A DNA stretch of 64,000 bases, from positions 38,665 to 102,664 of the forward strand of contig CAYOQK010000021.1 of NCBI GenBank assembly GCA_964406105.1, written 5' to 3'. A model generated the notes under the pieces. It had not been told where the DNA came from, ran no database searches, and was given only the letters and a program-made list of their open reading frames with translations. The translations under genes were made by a program, and so were the position numbers. This DNA is from an uncultured bacterium (GTDB lineage Bacteria > Hydrothermota > Hydrothermia > WGAB01). Shown piece by piece: positions 1 to 10,282 of this stretch; positions within the stretch are counted from its first letter, which is position 1; each line of letters opens with the position of its first letter.

Positions 1-2820
1 CGGAAGATCGTGCTGCGGGGCGTGCGCGTGCACAACCTGAAGATTGATTACCTGGAGATCCCGCGGGAGAAACTCGTGGTGATCACCGGGATCTCAGGGT
101 CAGGGAAGTCGTCGTTGGCCTTTGATACCCTGTATGCCGAGGGCCAGCGACGGTACGTGGAGTCGCTGTCCGCGTATGCCCGGCAGTTTTTGGGGCTCAT
201 GGAGAAACCCGATGTGGATCACATTGAGGGGCTTTCCCCGGCCATCGCCATTGAACAACGCAAGGCCTCCAAAAACCCTCGGTCCACCGTGGCCACGGTC
301 ACCGAGATCTACGACTATCTGCGGCTCCTGTTTGCCCGCATCGGCGAGCCCCATTGCCCCCACTGTGGCGTTCCCTTGAAAAAGAGCACTGTGGACGAGA
401 TGGTTGATGCGGTGCTGGCCCTGCCCCCAGGGTCTCGGATCCAGATCCTGGCCCCGGTGGTCCGCGGTCGCAAGGGGGAGTACCGCGATCTGTTTGAACG
501 ACTCCGGCGCCGCGGCTTTGTGCGGGTGCGGGTGGACGGTGAGGTGTACCTGCTGGAGGAACCCCCGGAGTTGGACCGCTACAAGATGCACACCATTGAG
601 GTGGTGGTGGATCGCCTCAGGGTTAAGCCCGAGAACCGCTCGCGGATCGCTGATTCCATTGAGCAGGCGCTCCGCGAGGCCCAGGGGGTTGTGAAGATCC
701 TTACAGACGACGGAGAACGGGTGTTCAGCGAGAGCCTGATGTGCCCCAAGTGCGGGTTTTCCATGCCCGAACCCGAACCGCGAACCTTCTCGTTTAACTC
801 CCCCTATGGGGCGTGCCCAGCGTGTTCAGGGCTGGGGGTCATCATGGAGATTGATCCCCACCTGCTGGTGACCCGGCCCGAGGCGCCGATCACCGAGGGC
901 GCCATCCGGGTGCTGGGCGGGCCCACCTCGCCCTCTATATGGCGGGTGGCCCGCACCCTGCGTCGCCTGGGCGTGGACCCCGATACCCCTTGGAACCAGC
1001 TGCCCAAAACGGTTCAGAACATCGTACTCTATGGCAACGAAGAGGGCACCTTTGATTACCAAAACCCCGAGGAGCATCTCCACGTGTACAGCTTTGAGGG
1101 GGTGATCCCCCACCTGTGGCGGCGGTACCTGGAAACCGAATCCGACTGGGTACGAGAGGAGATCGGCAAGTACTTGGTGAAGCGGCCGTGTCCCGCCTGC
1201 CAGGGGGCTCGGCTGAAGCCCGAGGCCCTGGCCGTGCGGATTCAAGGACGAAACATCGCCGAGGTCACCCGCATGTCGGTGGCCGAGGCCCTGAGGTTCT
1301 TTGAAACCCTGAGGCTCACTCCCCGCCAACGGAAGATCGTGCACCAGGTGCTCAAGGAAATCCGGAACCGGCTGCGATTTCTACTGGACGTGGGCCTGGG
1401 CTACCTCACCTTGGACCGGCCCACGGAAACCCTCTCAGGTGGAGAGGACCAGCGGGTTCGGTTGGCCACCCAGATCGGGTCTGGGCTCACTGGGGTGATG
1501 TACGTCTTGGACGAGCCCACGGTGGGCCTGCACCCCCGGGATACCGAGAGGTTGGTGCATACCCTGCTTCACCTACGGGATTTGGGCAATACCGTTATCG
1601 TGGTGGAACACGATCCCCTCACCATCCAGCACGCGGATTGGGTGGTGGACCTGGGCCCCTTGGCCGGCGAGCAAGGGGGGCGGGTGGTGGCCCAGGGGCC
1701 GCCGGATAAGATCCCAGAGTTTCCCGAGTCGCTGACCGGCGATTACCTGGCCGGCCGTCGGGAGATCCCGGTGCCCGAGCAACGACGATCGCCGGGCGAC
1801 CGGTTTCTGGAGATTCGTGGGGCCAAGGGCAACAACCTAAAGGACCTCACGGTCCGAATCCCCTTGGGCCTGTTTGTGGTGGTTACTGGGGTGTCGGGGT
1901 CTGGGAAGTCCACCCTGGTGGAGGACACCCTCTATCGGGCACTCCGCCGCCATTTTCACGGCAGCGGTGAGCCTCCCCTGCCCTACGATGAACTCCGAGG
2001 GCTGGAGCACCTGGACAAGGTGGTGAACATAGACCAGTCGCCCATTGGCCGAACCCCACGCTCCAATCCAGCCACGTACACCGGGGTGTTCACCCCTATT
2101 CGGCAACTGTTTGCGAGCCTGCCCGAGGCGCGGGCCCGGGGGTACAAACCGGGCCGGTTCTCCTTCAACGTGCGCGGGGGTCGCTGCGAGGCCTGCCAAG
2201 GGGAGGGGTTCCTGCGGATTGAGATGCAGTTCCTGCCCGATGTGTACGTGCCCTGTGAGGTGTGCCAGGGCCGGCGATACAACCGGGAAACCTTAGAGGT
2301 GAAGTTCAAGGGGTTTAGCATCGCCGATGTGTTGGAGATGTCGGTGGACCAGGCCTTGGAGCTGTTCCGGGACATTCCGGTGATTCGGCGGAAACTCCAG
2401 CTCCTGCAGGATGTGGGGCTGGGGTACATCAAGCTGGGGCAGCCGGCCACCACCCTCTCCGGGGGTGAGGCGCAGAGGATCAAGCTGGCGCGGGAACTGT
2501 CCAAGGTGGCCACGGGCCGCACGCTGTACATTCTGGATGAGCCGACGGTGGGGCTGCACTACGAGGATGTGCGCAGACTCATCCAGGTGCTTCAGCGGTT
2601 GGTGGACAAGGGGAACACGGTGCTCGTGATTGAGCACAATTTGGATGTGATCAAGTCTGCGGACTGGGTGATTGACCTGGGCCCCGAGGGGGGCGATGCA
2701 GGCGGTGAATTGGTAGCCGAAGGGCCTCCCGAGGCGGTGGCCCAGAGTCCGCGATCCGTGACGGGCCAGTTCCTGCGGGAGGCCCTAAAGCACCAAAGCG
2801 TCAAAGCGTCAAAACGCTAA
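1..2820 (+). CDS. uvrA: Excinuclease ABC subunit A (true start probably just upstream of the window)
   Basis: Two ABC ATPase modules ([27 protein letters not shown] signatures) and CxxC zinc fingers. The frame is open from base 1 ([14 protein letters not shown] matches the usual UvrA N-terminus). Confidence 0.98.
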   Translation, partial: RKIVLRGVRVHNLKIDYLEIPREKLVVITGISGSGKSSLAFDTLYAEGQRRYVESLSAYARQFLGLMEKPDVDHIEGLSPAIAIEQRKASKNPRSTVATVTEIYDYLRLLFARIGEPHCPHCGVPLKKSTVDEMVDAVLALPPGSRIQILAPVVRGRKGEYRDLFERLRRRGFVRVRVDGEVYLLEEPPELDRYKMHTIEVVVDRLRVKPENRSRIADSIEQALREAQGVVKILTDDGERVFSESLMCPKCGFSMPEPEPRTFSFNSPYGACPACSGLGVIMEIDPHLLVTRPEAPITEGAIRVLGGPTSPSIWRVARTLRRLGVDPDTPWNQLPKTVQNIVLYGNEEGTFDYQNPEEHLHVYSFEGVIPHLWRRYLETESDWVREEIGKYLVKRPCPACQGARLKPEALAVRIQGRNIAEVTRMSVAEALRFFETLRLTPRQRKIVHQVLKEIRNRLRFLLDVGLGYLTLDRPTETLSGGEDQRVRLATQIGSGLTGVMYVLDEPTVGLHPRDTERLVHTLLHLRDLGNTVIVVEHDPLTIQHADWVVDLGPLAGEQGGRVVAQGPPDKIPEFPESLTGDYLAGRREIPVPEQRRSPGDRFLEIRGAKGNNLKDLTVRIPLGLFVVVTGVSGSGKSTLVEDTLYRALRRHFHGSGEPPLPYDELRGLEHLDKVVNIDQSPIGRTPRSNPATYTGVFTPIRQLFASLPEARARGYKPGRFSFNVRGGRCEACQGEGFLRIEMQFLPDVYVPCEVCQGRRYNRETLEVKFKGFSIADVLEMSVDQALELFRDIPVIRRKLQLLQDVGLGYIKLGQPATTLSGGEAQRIKLARELSKVATGRTLYILDEPTVGLHYEDVRRLIQVLQRLVDKGNTVLVIEHNLDVIKSADWVIDLGPEGGDAGGELVAEGPPEAVAQSPRSVTGQFLREALKHQSVKASKR

Positions 2821-3278
2821 GTCTCATCAGAGGCCTCTTGCGCTGCCCTTTGGGCGTCGCGGGCCAACTGCTCCTTAACCCTTTCGGCCAGGTCCTTCAC
2901 CGTGATCTTGCGGAGCTCGTTGGCAAACACCTCTTGCACGTGTTCCCAGGCCAGGCCCAGGGGACACACGCTGCCGTGGGGGCACTCCTCAGGATACAGG
3001 GCACAGCGGTTGAAGGACAGGGGACCCTCTACGGCCTCCAGAATGTCCAATAGGGTGATCTTGGCAGGGTCCACGGCCAACCGCAGGCCGCCCATCTTCC
3101 CCCGCTCCGTGCGCACAAAGCCCTTGGTGGAGAGGATCAGCACGATCTTGGGCAGGTAGCTGCGCGGGATCAACTGCCGCTCGGAGATGTCCTTGCTGGA
3201 AACCACCTCGTTCTCTCCATGCATGGCCAGCTCAACCAGGGTGCGCAGGGTGTAGTGGGTGGTCCGGGTAATATCCAT
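2817..3278 (-). CDS. Rrf2-family transcriptional regulator with three C-terminal Cys (probable Fe-S ligands)
   Basis: Winged-helix motifs YLPKIV and [22 protein letters not shown], then C-x6-C-x5-C. SD AAAGGAGG upstream. Confidence 0.93.
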   Translation of the reverse strand: MDITRTTHYTLRTLVELAMHGENEVVSSKDISERQLIPRSYLPKIVLILSTKGFVRTERGKMGGLRLAVDPAKITLLDILEAVEGPLSFNRCALYPEECPHGSVCPLGLAWEHVQEVFANELRKITVKDLAERVKEQLARDAQRAAQEASDET

Positions 3279-3338
3279 ATCAGCACCCTCCTTTCCTTGA
3301 TTTCTGCAATTGAAAACTCAGCAATGATACCTTGGCAA

Positions 3339-3367
3339 ATTATACATGAAATGCTTCAGGGTGTAAA
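3339..3367 (-). promoter_or_regulatory. sigma70-type promoter for the Rrf2 gene
   Basis: Minus strand TTTACA-17 nt-TATAAT in an AT-rich gap. Confidence 0.75.
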
Positions 3368-4045
3368 GCTGACCCGGACCGATGTGTCGGGGGGCTTGTG
3401 GGCGATCCAAAGGCCCGCCGTACCCCCAAGCAACAACCGCGTGTCCACCAACGCAAAGCCGGTGGCCTGCAAGAGGCCCCGAATCTCCGTGACAGGCAGC
3501 CGATGGATGGACTCAGCCAGGTACTCGTAGTCCGCCCGTGGAGCCCCCCACAGGGCCGCTAAGCGAGGCAGCAGATGCCGAAGATACAGGCTGTAGGGCC
3601 ACCGTACCGGCGCCTCTGGCAGGATCATGTCCAGGATCACCCACCTGCCGCCGGGCCGCAGCACCCGGTACACCTCGGCGAACAGCCGACGGGGTTGTGC
3701 GATGTTTCGGAGGCCGAAGAAACAGGTTGCCGTTTGGAACTGGCCGTTGGCGAAGGGTAAAGCCAGGGCATCGGCACGCACCCATTGGGCGTTGGGCCAG
3801 CGTGCCCGGGCTCGTCGCAGCATGGCTTCAGAAAAGTCCAGGCCCACGCCACCGGGCAGGCCAAACCGATGGAGCAAGGCCGCCACCTCGCCGGTGCCAC
3901 AACAGAGGTCCAGCACCGGGGGCTTCAGGTATCGCAGGGTTTGACGCCGCCAGTAGTGGTCTATTCGCAGCGACAGCCGATGGTTCAGCCGCTCGTAATG
4001 GTCCACCAACCGGTCAAACATCCGTTGGATCTCAGAGGGATGCAT
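3356..4045 (-). CDS. ubiE: UbiE/MenG-family quinone C-methyltransferase
   Basis: MFD..YERLNH, VLDLCCGTG, DALALPF, FFGLRN, YRVLRPGG, YEYLAESI. Start moved to ATG 4045 (SD GGAGG). Confidence 0.85.
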   Translation of the reverse strand: MHPSEIQRMFDRLVDHYERLNHRLSLRIDHYWRRQTLRYLKPPVLDLCCGTGEVAALLHRFGLPGGVGLDFSEAMLRRARARWPNAQWVRADALALPFANGQFQTATCFFGLRNIAQPRRLFAEVYRVLRPGGRWVILDMILPEAPVRWPYSLYLRHLLPRLAALWGAPRADYEYLAESIHRLPVTEIRGLLQATGFALVDTRLLLGGTAGLWIAHKPPDTSVRVSFTP

Positions 4046-4229
4046 GGCCTCCAATCTTACGGGTTTGAAAACCGCCTCGGCTGAACCCGGGAGGAACCGC
4101 GGGCCCCAGGAGCCAAGGAACAAGGCCACCCGGGTGGGGGGCCCGTGGAGCGTGGAGGTGCTATGGGGATCGGTCCTTCGCAGTAGACGGATCTTGGGGA
4201 AACCGTGGTGCGGAAGGATGCAGCCGGGC

Positions 4230-5378
4230 TCACCCACTGGGCGATTGGATCTGCTCGTACAGTTGGAGGGTTTGGGCCACCATGCGATCTACGGAGAACT
4301 GCCGGACGGTTTCCTTGGCCCGTTTGCCCATATGTCGTCGCAGGTTTGGGTCGGTGGCGAGCCGGACCATCCGATCGGCCAGGGTCTCCTCGTCGTTGCA
4401 GGGCACCACGAAGCCGTTCACGCCGTCCTGCAGGATCTCCGGGGCCATGCCCACGCGGGTGGTCACCACGGGCAAGCCGACGGCCATGGCCTCCAGCAGC
4501 ACGTAAGGCCCCACTTCGTAATCGCTGGAGATGACGAACAGGTCAAACCCGCACAGGGCCTCTTCGGCCTTCATGAATCCGGGGAGGAAAACCCGATCCT
4601 GCAGCCCCCAGGAGTGGAGGGTTCGCTGCAGGGGTTCGGCCAAGGGCCCGGATCCCGCCAGCACCAGGGTGGTGGAGTGGGGCAGGGCCTCCAGAGCCTT
4701 GGCGAAGGCCCTAAGGAGGAGAAAAGGGTTCTTTTGGTGGTCCAGGCGACCCAGAAAGCCGATCACGAGGCCCGAGTCGGGCACGCCCCATCTCCTGCGC
4801 ACGGAGCGGCAACCTGCAGGAGGGTTCAGAGGGTGAATGCCGTGATAGATCTTGACCAGTTTTGCCGGGGGATAGCCCAGCCGCAGCGCCTCTTCCCGTT
4901 CCACCTCGGACACGGCGATCAACCGGGTGGTGAAGGGAGCCAGCAGCCTTTCCACAGCGCCGTATACCCTCCGTTTCCAACCCATCCACTGGGCCAAGGT
5001 GACGAAGGCGTGGGGGGTGTACACCAGGGGAGTTTGGCGCACGGATCGGCTTAAGAGGGCCAGCAGGCGGGTGATGCCGCCTGCTTTGCTGCTGTGGGCA
5101 TGGATCACATCAAAGGGCCCTTGTTGCTGGATGTAGGCGTGGAGCCGAGCCATCGCCCGGAGATCGCTCCAGTGCGGGGCCCGTCGCATGGGCAGGGCAT
5201 ACGGGCGTACCCCCAGTTGTTGGAGCCTTTCCAGGCCCCGTTGCATGAGGGCGTCCATCCGCACCGGCGAGTACACCAGGTGCACCTCCACCCCGTGTTG
5301 CACCAGCCCTGTGCAGAGGTCAATCAGGTGCCGGGCTACGCCTGCCTCGGAGGCTTCCACCACGTGGAGCACCTTCAT
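4230..5378 (-). CDS. Glycosyltransferase family 4 (GT-B)
   Basis: DVIHAHSSKAG, GRLDHQKN, YEVGPYVLLEAMAVGLPVVTT. Confidence 0.92.
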   Translation of the reverse strand: MKVLHVVEASEAGVARHLIDLCTGLVQHGVEVHLVYSPVRMDALMQRGLERLQQLGVRPYALPMRRAPHWSDLRAMARLHAYIQQQGPFDVIHAHSSKAGGITRLLALLSRSVRQTPLVYTPHAFVTLAQWMGWKRRVYGAVERLLAPFTTRLIAVSEVEREEALRLGYPPAKLVKIYHGIHPLNPPAGCRSVRRRWGVPDSGLVIGFLGRLDHQKNPFLLLRAFAKALEALPHSTTLVLAGSGPLAEPLQRTLHSWGLQDRVFLPGFMKAEEALCGFDLFVISSDYEVGPYVLLEAMAVGLPVVTTRVGMAPEILQDGVNGFVVPCNDEETLADRMVRLATDPNLRRHMGKRAKETVRQFSVDRMVAQTLQLYEQIQSPSG

Positions 5379-5661
5379 CCTTGCTGCTCCGCCTGGGGTA
5401 GAGGTGTCCTTTGGGTCAGGAGGTTCATGTGAACAGTGTCCTTGTGGGTTTAGGCTCGTCTCCTCCGGCCGTTTCAGGGCGTTGAGGAGAGGGCCCAGTG
5501 CCTACGACCGTTTTCCGAGGCTTCCGATGATATAACCCGCCCCAGGAGCACGCAAGGGCGCCCGGGCTTGGCTCGGAGGGAAGGCTCCGGTTCCCTGGCG
5601 GAGTAGAGCAGGAGGAGGCAGGCATCCGGTTCGGGGGTTCTGTTCCTTATACTTGCTCCCT

Positions 5662-6504
5662 ATGGGATGGGAACGGGTGCGGCGTTGTCGGATCTTGCGG
5701 GCCCTGAAGGCTCTGGGGACCCTGTGGGTGGGGTTTGATCGGCGTTTAGGGCCGTTATTGTCGGCTGCTGTGGCCTTTTACTTCCTGCTGGGCCTTATCC
5801 CGGTGCTCTTCCTGACGGCGGCCGCGGCCAGCTTCTTCTTGGGCCAAAATCCTCAGGCCTTTCGGGCGTTGGAACACAGTCTCCTGGGGTTCCTACCGCC
5901 GGGTTTGGGCCGCGAGATCTTCGGCCAAATCCAAGCGGCAGCCAGCCGGTGGAAGGCCTTCGGCGCCTTTGGCATTCTGTCCCTGTTCCTGGTGGCCATG
6001 GGCCTGTTTGATGCCCTGGACGTGGGGGTAAACCGAATGATGGACCTGCGAAAGCACGTGGGGTTCCTGCGGGGCCGGTTGCTGTCGTTGCTCTATGTGT
6101 TGGGCGCCCTGGCCTTTTTCTCCATGGCTGGAGTGGCGGATTACCTGGTGGCGGTCATCAGCCCCATGCTGCCCGTACGCCTCTGGGGACCACTGGGGCA
6201 GTTGGTGTCCTTCCTGGCCTTTAGCGTGTTCCTCCTCATCGTGTACCAGGTGTTTCCCAGCCGACGCCCGCAGTTCCGTAAGAGTGCGGGCGTGGCCCTG
6301 GGGGTATCCATCCTGTGGTTCGTGCTCCAGCGGTTTGGCACCCGGATCACCGCAGGAGTGCTGCGGCGTCAAGCCATCTATGGGATCCTCGCCGGGGCCA
6401 CCATCTTCCTCACATGGATGTACCTGTTGGCCTTCCTGATCCTGATGGGGGCCCGGATCCTGGCCATTTGGAACCGGTCTTCCGCCTCATCGGGCCCCCG
6501 GTGA
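5662..6504 (+). CDS. YihY/virulence factor BrkB-family membrane protein
   Basis: AAVAFYFLLGLIP, multiple TM segments, IYGILAGATIFLTWMYL..LILMGA. Confidence 0.85.
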   Translation: MGWERVRRCRILRALKALGTLWVGFDRRLGPLLSAAVAFYFLLGLIPVLFLTAAAASFFLGQNPQAFRALEHSLLGFLPPGLGREIFGQIQAAASRWKAFGAFGILSLFLVAMGLFDALDVGVNRMMDLRKHVGFLRGRLLSLLYVLGALAFFSMAGVADYLVAVISPMLPVRLWGPLGQLVSFLAFSVFLLIVYQVFPSRRPQFRKSAGVALGVSILWFVLQRFGTRITAGVLRRQAIYGILAGATIFLTWMYLLAFLILMGARILAIWNRSSASSGPR

Positions 6505-9500
6505 TCCCGGCGCCTCCCGGGCGATCCCCAGAGAATCCACCTCAAAGGACAACACCAGGTTGAAGGGTTGAGGGGGCTGCTCTACCGTGCATCCCTGGGC
6601 ATACAGCCAGTACACCCCGGGCTCGGCAAAGTGCACCACCAACACCTCGTGGTTGGTGGGGGAAGTGGAACTCGCCACGGTTTCCTTTTTGGAGGGCTGG
6701 CCGTCGCCGTTGGCATCCCGGTAGAGGAACAGGTCCAGATCCAGGCCTTCGGCCTCTGGAGCCTCGGACTCTACATAGAGCAGCCGCAGGGTATCTATGA
6801 CCTGAAACCGCAGGATCCAGGAGGCAGAGGGCTCAGGGGCCTGGGGGTCGTCCTGATCCACCCATTGGCGGTGGAACTGCCAGGTGGGCAAAAGGGTGAG
6901 GGGAAGGGTATCGGAGGCAGTGGTGCGGCCTGCCAAATCGGTGAGCACCGCCACCACACGGTAGGTGCCGGGGAGCAGAGGGCCACCGGCCCCTGTGTGC
7001 AGGGTGTCGTCCACGCGGGCCTGGAGGAGCCGCCAAGGAGTGGCCTCTATGGGATGCCAGCGATCCTGAAGGGGGATCCGTCGCCACACCGAATCGCCCC
7101 GGAGCAGGCGTACCTCGGCTGTTTGGATCCCTGCCGGTGCCTGGAGGTCCACCGTCATGGGCACGGGGTGCCCGGTGGCCACCCGCAGGGATGCCAGGGA
7201 AAGGCGCACCTGGGCGGGTTCTGCCGGCACGGGTAGAGGGATGCGGGCCCGGACTCGGAGGGTCAGGTAGGGATGGGGGTTGGTCAGACGCCAGCCCTGG
7301 GCCTCGGGTTCCACCACGGGCCACCAGGGCCCTATGGTGATGGGTTGGAACAGGGTGCCCTCGTAGCCGGCAGCGCGCAGGGTGGGGCTGGAGATCCGGT
7401 ACGGCCGAGAGGTGATGGGGTTGTGCACCTCCAGCCAACCCTGGCTTTCCAGGGACAGGTCGGTGACGGGGGAACGAGGCGGGGCCGGGGCCTGCCCTGG
7501 CACCTGCAGCTTCTCTTGGTACCGTTGTCCGGGCTCGTGGAGGGCGTGTTCTACCCCGGCGATGCCCAAGGGGCTTAGCACCTCTATGGCATTGCCCAAT
7601 GGGGGTTGATAGCCCACGGGAAGGTGCCACCGCCCCGTGTGATCGGTGTATCCCCACACCGCCCGCATGTCGCGGCGGTTCCAGTGGCTCCGCAGAACCA
7701 CCAGGGCACCGGGCACGGGGTTCCCCAGGGTGTCTTGAACGATGAAGTCCACCGAGGCGGTGTCCACGTATCGGCCGGTGATCACGAAGAGTGAATCGTC
7801 GGGTCGCCAGCCCACCACGGCGGTGATGGTTTTTTTCATCACCGAGGTGGCGGGGTGGTCAATGCCCTTAAGGGTATCCGAGTTCACGTCCAGGTGGTGC
7901 CACTGGCCGCAGCACCAGAACTCGTTCCATTGGTGGTCTTCGCCCATGTCAATGGCCACGTAGGTAGGGATCAGGGCGGTGCGGGCCAGGGCCGCGAACA
8001 GGATAGACTGTTCCCCGCAGGATCCGTAGGCTTTCCGGTAGATCACCACGGGTTGGAGGTCCTGGGTTTTGTAGCCGAAGGTCATGAAGCCGCCGGTGTT
8101 CCATCCTTGGAACAGGTACAAGTGGCGGACGGCCTCGTGCAGGGTTCGGGCCGAGGCCACGGCGTCCACCGGGGTGCGGCCGTAGGTGCTATCGCGGAGG
8201 AACAGCGTGCGCCAGAAGACCCCGCGATCGGGATGGGCGTACACGTCCTCTTCGTGCCGTAGCCAGGTATCGCGGTCTATGCCATACTCCTGCCAGCTTC
8301 GGCTCCAGTACGAAGCGTCCACCCGATAGGGGATCTCGTACAGGATACGAGGATGCACCACGTACCACCCGTAGAGGTCTGGGGGCAGGGTGTCGCCCTC
8401 GGCATACGCCACGGTGGTGCGGCCGTCAGGAAGATCCACCAGGGTGGCATAGGCCAGCAGGGTATCGGCGCGGTACACCGCCCGGGCGTTTTCCAGGAAC
8501 ACGTCCTCTTGGTGCAAGCGGGCCAGTACCCGAAGGATCTCGGCCGGTGTGTGGGCCAGGCTAAAGGCCACTTCGTCCAGCAGAGCGGGCGGGGTGTGTT
8601 CCAGGAGTTCCGCATAGGCCCATAGGGTATCCGCCTGCACCCGGAGGGCCCAGCCTGCGGGGTCCAGGTAGGACCGCCGCAGGTATTCGGCCAGGGTGCG
8701 CACCGACCGCTGGGGACGGAAGTGCCAGGAGTTCCGTTCCACGAAGCGGAGCCGATGGTCCTGATGTACGGCCTCGTAGGCAAACACCCGGCCACCCAGG
8801 GTGGCCACCGCCAGATCGGGCCAGGGATCCTGGTTGAGGTGGACCACAGCGGGGATGGCCATCTCCGGGGTGGTCATTCCGAGTTCAGGTTGTTCCTGCC
8901 ACAGGGTATCGTTCACCTGTTGCCAAACCCGCACGCCTCCCCGTTGTTGTCCGATCACGAGTTCGGGATCACCGTCGCCCGTGAGGTCCACGGCCACAGG
9001 GAACACGGAGCCCCGCTCCGGGGGTGGGCTTAGGCGAAGGGTATCGCCTGTGTCCAGGCGGATCACATGGCCCCAGGCGTCGCCTGCGTACCAGTGGCCG
9101 TGGATCTGCACCGGAGCCGCAAAGGCTTGAACCTGGCCCAGGAGCCGGGGAGACGCCTCTGAGGAGGCCAGAGCCCAAACCCGACCATCGGCCAGGCCTA
9201 CCACCAGGTCGGGCAGGGTGTCGGGATCCAGAAAGGCATGTTGGATCACGGGGTACAGGAGCCCTTCCAACCCGAGGATCTGCCGTAGATCCAGAAGGGT
9301 GTCCACACGCCAGGTGGACTGTTGGCGGTGCAGGGCATACACCCTTCCCTCAGGGGTGGCCAGGAAGCCTTGACGGGACGAGGTAAAGGTGAGGGAAGGG
9401 GCAAACCCCCGCCGGAACGGAAACCACACGCGGTGGCTGGTGTCCGGTGCGATCAGGGTACCCTGGGGCGATTGCCAGCGGTACCAAGGGTGTTGATCGT

Positions 9501-10269
9501 AGAGGAACACGAGATCCCTTAGGCCGTCCCCATTGAGATCCTGCCATGTGGCATGATGGCTTCCCGGGGGCAGATGGGCAAACACAGGCCCACCCACCCG
9601 AAGGTACAGACGGCCCAGGGAGTCCAAAAGACCGGGGGCCTCCTCGCCGGTTGCCAGGAGCCATCCTCCAGGGCTATAGGCCCGCCAGCGGAATCCCAAA
9701 AGGCCGGAGCTGCCGTGGTACACGCTGTCGGCGGTAGAAACCCACAGGCCATTGGGTGTAATCACAACGCTTCGGGCGTTGGGGAATTGCCGCAGCGGAC
9801 GCTTCCCCGTGGGCACAGTCCGGGTGGGTGTGATCCAGAGGCGGCCCAGGGTATCCAGGACAACCCAGGAGCCGGAGGGGTCTCTTGCCCAAGCCAGTAG
9901 GGCGGCCGAGGGGCCTGGGCCTGTGGGGGCGAGATCGGGCCATCGGTATCCCTGCCAAGTAGAGCACCCTTCACGAAGGAGCCACAGCGTATCTCCAGGC
10001 CCTGGCTGAAGACGGCGGCACCGAGGCCACTCCAGCATCAAACGGTCCAGGTTCTGTTGAAGGGGGTGACGCAAGGCCAAAGGCAATTGTTGTTTCACCC
10101 TTTCCGGTAGTGGGTATCGGGGCGGCTGGGGAGGCAGTTCTACCCGATGGATGCCCACAAAGGCTTGGCTTCCTGGGGGCAGGATCCAGGCGGTATCTCG
10201 TTCCACGCTGGCCGCTGAGGTTGAGGGGCCAGCGATCCCCAAGATCAGGGACAGGAACACTGAGATCAT
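6487..10269 (-). CDS. Large secreted protein: FG-GAP/VCBS-like repeats, transglutaminase-like (Cys-His-Asp) domain, PPC-like C-terminal domain
   Basis: Signal peptide. DLNGDGLRDL, DLTGDGDPEL and HLNQDPWPDL repeats. GSCGEQS..HQWNEFW..WHHLD triad. C-terminal DLDLFLY..EPGVYWLYAQG. Confidence 0.75.
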   Translation of the reverse strand: MISVFLSLILGIAGPSTSAASVERDTAWILPPGSQAFVGIHRVELPPQPPRYPLPERVKQQLPLALRHPLQQNLDRLMLEWPRCRRLQPGPGDTLWLLREGCSTWQGYRWPDLAPTGPGPSAALLAWARDPSGSWVVLDTLGRLWITPTRTVPTGKRPLRQFPNARSVVITPNGLWVSTADSVYHGSSGLLGFRWRAYSPGGWLLATGEEAPGLLDSLGRLYLRVGGPVFAHLPPGSHHATWQDLNGDGLRDLVFLYDQHPWYRWQSPQGTLIAPDTSHRVWFPFRRGFAPSLTFTSSRQGFLATPEGRVYALHRQQSTWRVDTLLDLRQILGLEGLLYPVIQHAFLDPDTLPDLVVGLADGRVWALASSEASPRLLGQVQAFAAPVQIHGHWYAGDAWGHVIRLDTGDTLRLSPPPERGSVFPVAVDLTGDGDPELVIGQQRGGVRVWQQVNDTLWQEQPELGMTTPEMAIPAVVHLNQDPWPDLAVATLGGRVFAYEAVHQDHRLRFVERNSWHFRPQRSVRTLAEYLRRSYLDPAGWALRVQADTLWAYAELLEHTPPALLDEVAFSLAHTPAEILRVLARLHQEDVFLENARAVYRADTLLAYATLVDLPDGRTTVAYAEGDTLPPDLYGWYVVHPRILYEIPYRVDASYWSRSWQEYGIDRDTWLRHEEDVYAHPDRGVFWRTLFLRDSTYGRTPVDAVASARTLHEAVRHLYLFQGWNTGGFMTFGYKTQDLQPVVIYRKAYGSCGEQSILFAALARTALIPTYVAIDMGEDHQWNEFWCCGQWHHLDVNSDTLKGIDHPATSVMKKTITAVVGWRPDDSLFVITGRYVDTASVDFIVQDTLGNPVPGALVVLRSHWNRRDMRAVWGYTDHTGRWHLPVGYQPPLGNAIEVLSPLGIAGVEHALHEPGQRYQEKLQVPGQAPAPPRSPVTDLSLESQGWLEVHNPITSRPYRISSPTLRAAGYEGTLFQPITIGPWWPVVEPEAQGWRLTNPHPYLTLRVRARIPLPVPAEPAQVRLSLASLRVATGHPVPMTVDLQAPAGIQTAEVRLLRGDSVWRRIPLQDRWHPIEATPWRLLQARVDDTLHTGAGGPLLPGTYRVVAVLTDLAGRTTASDTLPLTLLPTWQFHRQWVDQDDPQAPEPSASWILRFQVIDTLRLLYVESEAPEAEGLDLDLFLYRDANGDGQPSKKETVASSTSPTNHEVLVVHFAEPGVYWLYAQGCTVEQPPQPFNLVLSFEVDSLGIAREAPGSPGAR

Positions 10270-10282
10270 GGCTGTTGCTCCC

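Noticed and set aside
1432-1464. UvrA first signature LSGGEDQR instead of LSGGEAQR
   Set aside because: A single substitution with all other motifs intact is not enough to claim altered function.
5376-5429. 17-codon ORF MNLLTQRTPLPQAEQQG overlapping the GT4 start, beside a GTTCA-CA-TGAAC palindrome
   Set aside because: Weak SD and no informative composition; cannot be separated from chance.
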